From the NCBI GenBank assembly GCA_020057885.1, contig JAGVEX010000015.1, forward strand, positions 55,862 through 119,861: a stretch of DNA of 64,000 nucleotides, given 5' to 3'. Source of the DNA: a bacterium (GTDB lineage: Bacteria > Patescibacteriota > Patescibacteriia > Veblenbacterales > UBA10138). Within the stretch, counting starts at the first letter, position 1, and every line of letters starts with the position of its first letter. The translations under genes and the position numbers were made by a program. Under the pieces are notes generated by a model, which worked only from the letters and a program-made list of their open reading frames with translations, was not told the origin of the DNA and ran no database searches. Below are positions 56,269 to 64,000 of this stretch, one piece after another.

Positions 56269-57201
56269 TTATTTAGATAGCCAAGGATAATGCTGTTTAA
56301 CTAATTTTACCACTTGCTTGGGTTTAATTATACCAAATTCACAAATAATACCAGTAATATACTTAGCAGGCACTTTATCAAAGGCATAATTTATTATTTT
56401 TGTGCCGCGTGGCGCATGCGGCCACAGCTCTTGCCGCGGGCGCAATTCAATTTTACTCTCCCCTTTCATATCTGCCTTTAAAAGTGTAGCGGCAATATAA
56501 ACTGGAATTTTAGAATCATAAGCCGCTAAAGCAATGCCAAAACTACCAATTTTATTTAACACCGACCCATCGCGTGCTATGCTATCAGCGCCCAATAAAA
56601 CTAAATTGATTTTAACATCATCCCCCGAGTGGTTAGAAACCAACCAGGCCGCTGCACTGTCGGCTACCATTGCACAGGGTATTTTAGAGTGACGCAAATG
56701 CTTGTCAGTAATATGACCTTGAAACAAAGGCCTGGTTTCGGTGTGATAAACTTTAAATCTTTTCCCCTTGCGATGCGCGGCCAACAAAACTTTTTCCGCC
56801 AATGAAGAATGGCAATGTGTAAAAATATTTCTTTTGGCGGTAAGCGCCACAACTCCGGCGTGACTTAATTTATTTTCAGCTTGTTTTAAATAAGCTTCCA
56901 ATTTAACCACCAGTTGTTCAACTAATTTATTCCAATTTGATTTATTTAAATTAACTGCTCGCTTTTTTAATTCATATACAAACCACCGACTAATATTGCG
57001 TGCCAACGGTTCGGTAGGTCTTAAATTAGCCAAGTCTTCCTGTATTTTGGCTAGACTTTTCCAATCGGCTTTGGTAGTTGGTATTTTTTCAGATTTAGCA
57101 TAATGCGACAAAGCCTGCAAAGTGGTTTGCGCTACCAGTGTTGCGCCCTGAATATGAACACTTAACAAATCCTTCTTAAAATTCTTGAGGGAGTTTGACA
57201 T
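56269..57201 (-). CDS. Ribose-1,5-bisphosphate isomerase (eIF-2B alpha/beta/delta-like, e2b2 family)
   Basis: 310 aa. The C-terminal LLGADSIARDGSVLNKIGSFGIALAAYDSKIPVYIAA is typical of the e2b2/MtnA family. Confidence 0.65.
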   Translation of the reverse strand: MSNSLKNFKKDLLSVHIQGATLVAQTTLQALSHYAKSEKIPTTKADWKSLAKIQEDLANLRPTEPLARNISRWFVYELKKRAVNLNKSNWNKLVEQLVVKLEAYLKQAENKLSHAGVVALTAKRNIFTHCHSSLAEKVLLAAHRKGKRFKVYHTETRPLFQGHITDKHLRHSKIPCAMVADSAAAWLVSNHSGDDVKINLVLLGADSIARDGSVLNKIGSFGIALAAYDSKIPVYIAATLLKADMKGESKIELRPRQELWPHAPRGTKIINYAFDKVPAKYITGIICEFGIIKPKQVVKLVKQHYPWLSK

Positions 57202-57218
57202 ATTTTTACTAAAAATAA

Positions 57219-59081
57219 TTACTCATCAAATCTAATTACTTGCCCGGGCTGCAATTTTTTAAAATTGGACTCAGCTTTGTTATTTTCTTCTGACATATGC
57301 TGATCTACCGAGCGAGCATTAAAAGAAACCGGTTTGCGAGCTAAGGCTTCTTCTAAAGAAATACTAGGTGGCGGCGTTGGCACTAGTGGCTGTGCCATGA
57401 CCAACGGACTAGCTGTTTTTTCTTCCGGTACTGGCGGTAAAGCATTTTCAACTGTCGGCAAATCAACCGGTGCTTGTGCTGGGCCTTGGGTTGCATTTGT
57501 TACCACTAACCTTGGTTTTGGTTTGGCAATTATTCCTTGTCGCACCCGTTTCATATCTTCTTTGCAATAAACCGCCCTAATGCCGTCGGGCTTAAATGGT
57601 AATTGCACCTTACGTTTGCAAACCCAGCATTCTGCCTCAAAAAGCTCCCGTTCCGGATTTAAATTCAAACGCGGTGGCTCATTGGAAGTGGTGGCCGCCC
57701 CGCGCTGTTTAAACGAAGCTGGCACATTACGATACATCATTTCTTCGGGATCAAGCGAACGAGAATCTTCGTGGGCGGATCCTTTAAACGTTTCCTCCAC
57801 GCCTGCCCAACGCAAAATTTTCTCCTCTACCACTGTTCTATTCTTAGCATAACGTTCACGTGATACTCTAATAATTTTATCGCGGTTATTAGTGCGCTGA
57901 GAAATTGGCGGTAAAGTAGTAGCGCTAAAGGCGGAACTAGTAACACCATCTATCATTAATTTTAAATAAATATGATAGTTGGGCAAAGATACTAAATCCG
58001 TCTGCATAAAAGTTGGCTCAAATTCCGGCTCTAAATATTCGGCATCTTCTGCGCCGATGCGGAATATAATCATAGTACCAACGTTGCCAAAAACTGAGGC
58101 TTTAACCTCGTCACCTAATTGCTCAATATATTGGTGAGCCATAATTAAATCCAAGCGATATTTACGCGCTTCTGACAGAATGTTGGCAAAACTTTCTGTG
58201 GCAAAATTTTGAAACTCGTCTACATAAAGAAAAAAATCTTGGCGTTCTTCTTCGGGAGTATCAATGCGGCTCATTGCCGCCAGCTGGATTTTTGTAATCA
58301 TCATAGCGCCAAGTAGCGCTGAGTTATCTTCACCCACCCTACCTTTGGACAAATCCATCAACAAAATTTTACGTCCATCCATAATTTCTCGCAAATCAAG
58401 AGTGGATTTGGATTGGCCAACAATATTGCGAATAATAGCCGAAGATAAAAATTGGCCAATTTTATTTTGGATAGGTGAAATAGCTTCCGTACGGAATTTT
58501 TCATTGTAATTTTCATATTCATCAATCCAGAAAGAACGTACCACCGGATCACTTAATTTATCCAAAACTTTTCGGCGAAAATATTTATCCACTAAAATAC
58601 GTGTAATACCAAGCAAAGTGGAGCCAGGATATTCTAAAAGCGATAATATGGCATTACGTAAAATGTATTCCAAGCGCGGCCCCCAGGAATCAGCCCAAAT
58701 TTTCTTAAACACACCAATCAAACCCGAAGCTACCAAATGACGATACCTTGGATCCACTGCCTCCAAGGGGTTAAAAGCTACTGGGTAATCAACATCCGAA
58801 GGATTAAAATACACTACGTCGTTTACGCGACTAGAAGGGATTATATCCAAAATCTTTTCCACCAAATCACCGTGCGGGTCAACTACTGCCACACCAAAAC
58901 CAGCGCGGATATCGCTCGCTATCATATTTTCAAGCATGACAGATTTACCCGTACCAGATTTACCAATTACATACATATGGCGACGGCGATCGTCCAGCTT
59001 AATACCGAATTTCCGCGATTGATTGCGAAAATTAGTTTCGGCAAAAGGAGTGATATTGTAACGTGGGGTCAACTCTTCCAT
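57219..59081 (-). CDS. FtsK/HerA-superfamily P-loop ATPase (TraD/VirD4 coupling-protein-like), soluble, with C-terminal zinc ribbon and Pro-rich tail
   Basis: Walker A HMYVIGKSGTGKS, Walker B FFLYVDEFQNF and an AHQ motif are present. The C-terminal ECWVCKRKVQLPFKPDGIRAVYCKEDMKRV is followed by a PAQAPVDLPTVENALPPVPEEK tail. Confidence 0.55.
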   Translation of the reverse strand: MEELTPRYNITPFAETNFRNQSRKFGIKLDDRRRHMYVIGKSGTGKSVMLENMIASDIRAGFGVAVVDPHGDLVEKILDIIPSSRVNDVVYFNPSDVDYPVAFNPLEAVDPRYRHLVASGLIGVFKKIWADSWGPRLEYILRNAILSLLEYPGSTLLGITRILVDKYFRRKVLDKLSDPVVRSFWIDEYENYNEKFRTEAISPIQNKIGQFLSSAIIRNIVGQSKSTLDLREIMDGRKILLMDLSKGRVGEDNSALLGAMMITKIQLAAMSRIDTPEEERQDFFLYVDEFQNFATESFANILSEARKYRLDLIMAHQYIEQLGDEVKASVFGNVGTMIIFRIGAEDAEYLEPEFEPTFMQTDLVSLPNYHIYLKLMIDGVTSSAFSATTLPPISQRTNNRDKIIRVSRERYAKNRTVVEEKILRWAGVEETFKGSAHEDSRSLDPEEMMYRNVPASFKQRGAATTSNEPPRLNLNPERELFEAECWVCKRKVQLPFKPDGIRAVYCKEDMKRVRQGIIAKPKPRLVVTNATQGPAQAPVDLPTVENALPPVPEEKTASPLVMAQPLVPTPPPSISLEEALARKPVSFNARSVDQHMSEENNKAESNFKKLQPGQVIRFDE

Positions 59082-59084
59082 AGA

Positions 59085-60494
59085 TTAATCAACAAAGGGC
59101 AAATTAGATGGCGGCCCGCCTTTGCCACCAGTTTCCGAAACAGCTTGCGCGCCAGACATGGGTTTTAAATAGCCTCCCAAAGTAGGTAAAAGAGTTGGTG
59201 GTTCAGATTTTTTGGTTTCCGTTTTTTTAACCAATGGCGCCTTCACTGTTACAACTGGGAAATGGTAAAGGGAGGCCAACTCTTCGGTATTTAAAATAAA
59301 GCCATGCCCTAATCCCCTATGAGCGCTGCGTATTTTATATGATTTAAGAATACTTTTTTGTTTGCGGTTAATACGAGATTGCTTAAGAAAATATTCAGCT
59401 TTGGTTGTTACTCGTTTACCAGGCAAAAAACCGTTCATATTTAAAGCGGTAAATTGCTGAATAGCTCCCACTACGGCCGATACTCCTCTGCCCTTTAAAA
59501 AAGTTTCACGTTTACCCCAATAAACCAATCTGAGTTTTGAGTGAAAACCAATTTTAGAAGCTTTGTGTTCAATTCCTTCTACTACAGCTTTCTCGCCAGG
59601 AGTGAGTTTGGTAATATCACGGACTATCTCTACCTCTTTACCACCACTGTATTCGTTGCCGCACCAATTTGGCTCAAAAATACCGGCAAAAGCTATTTCC
59701 ACAATTACACAAACAGTATTCAATGGTAATTCTACAAACAACCAATATATCATACCATGCCCGGAGTGTTTTTTATGTTCAACTATTTTTTTAACCTCAG
59801 CGGCGGATTCAGCTTTCCAGTGATCACTGCAAGGTGTTACTAATAATTGTAGCCAAACATCTTCGTCTGTATTAACGCGGCTTAAAATTTCCAATAAGGC
59901 CGCCATGGGATCTTTAAAATCGCCGGAAAGCGTATGCTCAAAATCGGGATAAGTGCGTAGGGGATAAGCGCTTTTTTTAGTAAGCGCAAACTCTGTGCCC
60001 CATAAATCATAAGCATCTGTATCAAAATCAAGTGGCACGCGATCTACATAATCTTCCACTTCGGTAATTTCAGCATCGGGATATTGTGCGTAAATTGAAG
60101 ATTCTATTAAATCGCGATAGTCAGCTGGTGTGCGAATTAAAAATTGTATGTAACCACCCAAGCTAACAATTTCAAAACTAAAAGATTCTTGGTGCTTGCC
60201 CTGCCACAAACGCTGGTAAATAGTACCCTTGCTATAAGTAGCGGCTAAACTAGAAAAAATTTGTTCCACCGCACGCGGACTTTGCTCGGTTTCTTTGGGT
60301 ACATCTATCGCAAGTAATACATAACGAATATTATGCTCATACTGATGCTTGCGTGAAGTAAGCCACGAAGTCCACGCTGCCCACAAGGCTGGCAAAACAG
60401 CAAAGATCCAGCCGCCATTAATGAAAATCCACCAAGCAACCGTAATCGGATCGCTGGTAGGCAAACCGCTAAGATACGTATTCAAATTTATCAT
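59085..60494 (-). CDS. Hypothetical membrane-anchored protein (partner of the ATPase)
   Basis: 469 aa; an N-terminal TM pair (WWIFINGGWIFAVLPALWAAW) is followed by a soluble domain. The 3' end abuts the ATPase gene by 3 nt. Confidence 0.45.
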   Translation of the reverse strand: MINLNTYLSGLPTSDPITVAWWIFINGGWIFAVLPALWAAWTSWLTSRKHQYEHNIRYVLLAIDVPKETEQSPRAVEQIFSSLAATYSKGTIYQRLWQGKHQESFSFEIVSLGGYIQFLIRTPADYRDLIESSIYAQYPDAEITEVEDYVDRVPLDFDTDAYDLWGTEFALTKKSAYPLRTYPDFEHTLSGDFKDPMAALLEILSRVNTDEDVWLQLLVTPCSDHWKAESAAEVKKIVEHKKHSGHGMIYWLFVELPLNTVCVIVEIAFAGIFEPNWCGNEYSGGKEVEIVRDITKLTPGEKAVVEGIEHKASKIGFHSKLRLVYWGKRETFLKGRGVSAVVGAIQQFTALNMNGFLPGKRVTTKAEYFLKQSRINRKQKSILKSYKIRSAHRGLGHGFILNTEELASLYHFPVVTVKAPLVKKTETKKSEPPTLLPTLGGYLKPMSGAQAVSETGGKGGPPSNLPFVD

Positions 60495-60496
60495 AT

Positions 60497-61633
60497 TTAT
60501 GTTTGATTGTTTGGTGTTGCCAAAGTATACCGACCATCGGGCAATCTTTGGAATTTTTGTTTATTAGTAAGTGCTAAATGAATAGTCCCCTTTTTAACTA
60601 AACGTTGTTTAAGAATATCTTCTACAATTTGGGAACGATCAAGCGGTCCTTTGGTTTTTAAAATTTCCACTAAAATATCCGCCACCACTCCAGGATTAAA
60701 ACCCCACTCTTTAAGCGCATAAATTCCGCGACCAACCAGCACATATTTTTTATCCATAATAAGTTCATTGTGCACCGTGGGCGGATAAGCCATTTTATGA
60801 TCAAATTTCTGCTCATTAACAAGTTTAGTAATTTCTCTAAAATGCAAAGGCTTACCGTGTTTTTTTAGGACCAGATAAATTTTATCATTCATGCGCTTAG
60901 GGCTAACTGTTTGCCAATGTGTTAAACCCCACTCACCAAAAGTATTGCTGCGCACGTTAACACTTAATTCTAATAGCCCCACAGCCAAACGACCGTCATT
61001 TAAACTACCGCCCAAAGGACTAGGCAAATTAGCTCGCGCTAGCTCACGCACTAATTCATCCTCTGAAATAGGGTGGCCCTTAGTGCTAATAAAATCTTGC
61101 GCGTGATTGATGATATTAGTTATAGCTTCAAGCGAAGCATTTCTTAATCGCCAACCCAAAATAAATTCTGTTTCCTCGCCGCCTAAACTTGCTACCACAT
61201 CAGTTAAAATTTCGCTTAAATAAAAATTAATAACATTCAAGCTGGCGCCATCGCCTGATTCTTGCAGTAAGTGACCAAGCTTTTCACTGGTAGCGGCACC
61301 ACTCTCGCCTTCTAAAACTTCTACCACGACTTGGCGAATCGGCCGCAACAATTCTTGGGCGCGCTTGCCTTGAACTATTTTTTGTACTGCTAATCGCTGA
61401 ATTTGGCGAATACGCTCGCGTGTTACCTGAAAAGAATTACCAATGCTTTCCAAAGTCTCCGACTCACTGCCAGAAAAACCAAAACGGCGCGCCAATACTT
61501 GCCGCTCACGCTCTCCCAACCCTTGCAAAAGTTCCGTTAATACTGCCTGCGGCCTAAAATGCTCGCGATGCGAAACCTGCTGGGTGGAGATTATTTTATC
61601 TAAAATTGATTCTTGGTCTTGATTCATAGACAC
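60497..61633 (-). CDS. Protein with N-terminal sigma-70 region-4 HTH only (no region 2) plus a 270-aa C-terminal domain of unknown function
   Basis: ERERQVLARRFGFSGSESETLESIGNSFQVTRERIRQIQRLAVQKI matches sigma-70 region 4. Confidence 0.55.
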   Translation of the reverse strand: MSMNQDQESILDKIISTQQVSHREHFRPQAVLTELLQGLGERERQVLARRFGFSGSESETLESIGNSFQVTRERIRQIQRLAVQKIVQGKRAQELLRPIRQVVVEVLEGESGAATSEKLGHLLQESGDGASLNVINFYLSEILTDVVASLGGEETEFILGWRLRNASLEAITNIINHAQDFISTKGHPISEDELVRELARANLPSPLGGSLNDGRLAVGLLELSVNVRSNTFGEWGLTHWQTVSPKRMNDKIYLVLKKHGKPLHFREITKLVNEQKFDHKMAYPPTVHNELIMDKKYVLVGRGIYALKEWGFNPGVVADILVEILKTKGPLDRSQIVEDILKQRLVKKGTIHLALTNKQKFQRLPDGRYTLATPNNQT

Positions 61634-61805
61634 AAAGATAATAGTATGGGATACTATATATTTAGTATATCATAATTATCCAATCCTGTCAATAGATAAA
61701 ATTTTCAACCAACAGGGGCAATAACTTACTTAATACCTTTTAAATTATTTTAACTTCTTGCATATACTACGACTGCCTTTCTTTATTGGAAGATAATACC
61801 GTAAT

Positions 61806-62845
61806 TCAATTAAAATTATTACGTAGGTTGTTAGATATAGAGAATCCATCACAATGCTTCAAAGCACCCAAATATGATTGCACGGATTGCTTAAAACTAT
61901 CCTCATTTAACTCACCTCGTAAAACTTCATTCTGTTTAAAAAATAACTTTTTAAATATCCTATGCTTTGTACTGGTCCTAAGCACAATATGGTAAGGCAA
62001 AACTACATAGCCTAAAAAATCTATGCCTTGACTTAGCTTACACTGTATAATCTTATTGGGGTGAAGCTCAAGTGACAAATTGTCATTCAAAAAATTCTGT
62101 ACCTTTGGTATTAGTGCATCCAATTTAATTGGATCATCATTAACCATTATAAAATCATCAGCATAGCGAAAGTAGTGTCGTACTTTTAATTCGTGTTTTA
62201 TAAATTGGTCTAATTCGTTTAAATATATGTTGGCAAAAATCTGCGAGGTCAAATTACCAATGGGTAATCCTATATTTTTTGATTGTATACCCATTAACGC
62301 CCCCCCCCCCCGACACTTCCTGGAAAACTACTAATTACCTCATCAAGTAACCAAAGTATCTGGGCATCTTTAACCCTGCTCTTTATTATATTTAATAGTT
62401 TTTGGTGATTGATGCTGTGAAAAAATCTCTTTATATCACATTTCAAAGCATAAACTGGCCGAGTGTAGTTAACACTTAATGCTCTCAAACTGTGATTTAA
62501 GTTCTGAATAGCTAAGTGAGTGCCTTTATTCAGACGAGAAGAGTAGGAATGATAAATAAACGTGGCATTAAAAACATTATCAAGGTAATCAAAAATAACG
62601 TGATGAATCAACCTATCTCTAACGCCTGCCTTGCTTATCAATCTCGGCTTAGGGTCGCAGATACGAAATGTCTGATACGGCCTGTGGCGATAGGCTTGCT
62701 CCAAAAGCTCGTTAGATAAAAAGAAAACATTATCTTCAAGATGACGTTCAAATTGAAGCACATCCATCTTACTGAGCTTGCCCTTCTTAAACTGATCCCA
62801 GGCTCTGAATAAATTTTCAGGGCTTATTAACTCTTCATAAATCAT
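61806..62845 (-). pseudogene. DGR-type reverse transcriptase, split by a frameshift in a G12 (C12 on plus strand, 62300-62311) homopolymer; a +1 G would restore a single 345-aa ORF
   Basis: ORF-A (62294-62845) has RT motifs 1-2 (PKP..G..R...RD..IHHV...SYSSR.NKGTH.A). ORF-B (61806-62294) has motifs 4-7 (GLPIGNLTSQIFANIYLNELD, YADDFIM, QGIDFLGYVV). There is no maturase or endonuclease domain. Confidence 0.8.
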
Positions 62846-63202
62846 ATGAATAATTATACCAGTACAACTGAAATACCCATCATCAAAAAATTATACGATT
62901 TGTACAAAACGTATTACGACTATCAAACCCTATTTAGCAAACGAGACAAGTACGCTCTGGGCAGTAAATGCGAACAGTATATATTTTCAACCTTTGAGCT
63001 AATACTGGCTGCCAGCAGTGCAGCTAAACAGAATAAAATGACTTTAATACAACAAGCCAATGTAAAGTTTGATACGCTTAAAGTACTATTTAGATTAGCA
63101 AAAGATTTAAAAATGTTAGATATTAAAAAATATACTGTTATTCAAGGATACCTACAGGAGATAGGACGTATGTTGGGTGGCTGGCAACGCTCACTTATAT
63201 AA
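62846..63202 (+). CDS. Avd-like four-helix-bundle protein (23S rRNA-IVS protein family), DGR accessory variability determinant candidate
   Basis: 118 aa. The helical pattern IPIIKKLYDLYKTY...ELILAASSAAKQNK...VLFRLAKDLKML...QEIGRMLGGWQRSL matches four-helix-bundle/Avd proteins. Its start codon abuts the RT start codon back-to-back (CAT|ATG). Confidence 0.65.
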   Translation: MNNYTSTTEIPIIKKLYDLYKTYYDYQTLFSKRDKYALGSKCEQYIFSTFELILAASSAAKQNKMTLIQQANVKFDTLKVLFRLAKDLKMLDIKKYTVIQGYLQEIGRMLGGWQRSLI

Positions 63203-63248
63203 GCAAAACTCCCCATAGTGGAGAGCTTTGCTAGTACCTAAAAACAAT

Positions 63249-63367
63249 CGAGAGAAGACAAGACCACCAGAGTAATTGTCATTCGCATTGCCGAGATTGC
63301 TCTTGTTGTCGAACTTGAGCTTGTCGTCATTGGCCTTCAGATAGAGCGACTTCTCAGGCTGCTGCCA
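63249..63367 (-). repeat. DGR template repeat (TR), template sense on the minus strand
   Basis: 119 nt homologous to 63749-63867. At every mismatch the plus strand has T (minus-strand A). In the VR frame it encodes AAY/AAG-rich codons (K,Y,K,N,K,K,N,K,S,N,N,N,Y). Confidence 0.85.
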
Positions 63368-63641
63368 AATTGTGCTTACATCCTCCCTTTTTCACCAGAG
63401 CCCTAAATTTTATTTTAGGTCCCTTGAATTTTATTCGGCCTCGCTAAGCCCTAGAAGTAAGCACGTAGTGTCTAGGTACACCGTATACGCTCTTGTAATC
63501 CCTGCCTGCCGTAGGCAGGCGTAAACTACAGGACTCTGATACGTTTGCGTGTTCTAGGATTTCGGCGACCCCAATCCGTAAATCGGGGTACATTAGCCTA
63601 CTCTCAAGCTTAAGTATATAGTTTTTTGATAAAAAGAAAAA

Positions 63642-63670
63642 CAGGGTTTGCGATATTTTGCAAAACCCTG
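63642..63670 (-). terminator. Hairpin (CAGGGTTTGC...GCAAAACCCTG) with a minus-strand T-run, about 75 nt downstream of VR
   Basis: Read directly; candidate target-gene terminator and DGR homing-associated stem-loop. Confidence 0.5.
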
Positions 63671-63744
63671 TTTGATATTTCTTTGAAGACCAAAGGTCAA
63701 AAGCCATTGTCCAAAGGACAAGTGGCCGAAGTCCAAAGCCCTCA

Positions 63745-64000
63745 CTACCGAGAGAAGACAAGACCACCAGAGCAACAGTCATTCGCATCGCCGAGATCGC
63801 CCTCGCCGTCGAACCTGAGCTCGTCGTCATAGGCCCCCAGACAGAGCGACCGCTCAGGCTGCTGCCATTGAAGAGCGGACAAATCATATCCTGGGGTATT
63901 TACATCACGGGCCAGTGTTTCTGTGTACATTATATGGCCGATAACTCTCTCAAAACCAGCTAAACTAATTTGTTCTGGCAGTGTTGCCATCTGCTCACGC
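63745..64000 (-). CDS. DGR target gene, 3' portion (5' end lies outside the window); the variable region encodes the C-terminal 40 aa
   Basis: The frame is open to the window edge and the stop codon is at 63745-63747. The C-terminus reads ...WQQPERSLCLGAYDDELRFDGEGDLGDANDCCSGGLVFSR. The VR (63749-63867) differs from the TR at 17 positions, all TR-adenine sites. Confidence 0.75.
   Translation of the reverse strand, partial: REQMATLPEQISLAGFERVIGHIMYTETLARDVNTPGYDLSALQWQQPERSLCLGAYDDELRFDGEGDLGDANDCCSGGLVFSR
63749..63867 (-). repeat. DGR variable repeat (VR)
   Basis: Pairs with the TR. Identity at the 3' end (minus strand, CTCTGGTGGTCTTGTCTTCTCTCG) forms an IMH-like invariant segment. Confidence 0.85.

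Noticed and set aside
63249-63867. TR/VR pair considered as a possible CRISPR or other direct-repeat array
   Set aside because: There are only two copies, each 119 nt long. The differences are confined to template adenines, and an RT and an Avd-like gene are adjacent. This is a DGR, not CRISPR.
63444-63887. 147-aa minus-strand ORF spanning the TR-VR spacer and VR
   Set aside because: It is out of frame relative to the VR-encoded target ORF and reads through the hairpin and terminator. It is most likely a spurious ORF created by GC-rich repeat sequence.

Overview
This is a low-GC, gene-dense bacterial fragment, and its overall gene content suggests a CPR/Patescibacteria-like, possibly Saccharibacteria-like, organism. 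Most genes are on the minus strand.

The start of the window carries a small cell-wall and division block (alr, ddl, ftsQ), a lone Xer-type tyrosine recombinase and an MFS transporter. Housekeeping genes follow: gltX, a PriA-like protein, def and fmt. After a surface-polysaccharide locus (two glycosyltransferases and a Wzx flippase) comes a ribosomal/RNAP block with rpsI, rplM, rplQ, rpoA, rpsD, rpsK, rpsM, rpmJ and infA. alaS and mnmA complete this stretch.

The central 13 kb (about 32.2 to 45.2 kb) is a cell-surface island. It holds a sortase-like gene whose catalytic Cys appears replaced by Ser, an LPRTG-anchored repeat protein, a peptidoglycan-binding secreted protein, a SipW-type (ER/archaeal-type) signal peptidase, and six paralogous proteins carrying the SipW-cognate (TasA/camelysin/AbpA-like) signal motif. 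Those paralogs share an N-terminal module and differ in C-terminal adhesin-like domains (prealbumin-fold repeats, TSP3, lamin-tail). This island is the best candidate for an undescribed fiber/adhesin system.

Downstream lie more large secreted proteins (CAP domain, O-antigen-ligase-like, InlB-B-repeat/FN3), a ferredoxin, and an AMP phosphorylase paired with a ribose-1,5-bisphosphate isomerase (archaeal-type nucleotide salvage). A HerA/VirD4-like ATPase, a membrane partner and a protein with only sigma-70 region 4 follow.

The last 2.2 kb is a diversity-generating retroelement. It has a reverse transcriptase split by a frameshift in a G12 tract, a divergent Avd-like four-helix-bundle gene, a 119-nt TR, and a VR at the 3' end of a partial target gene with 17 adenine-specific differences.

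Two related perfect palindromes (38 and 46 bp) and two GC-rich ORF-free stretches are also noted. No rRNA, clear tRNA or CRISPR array was recognised.
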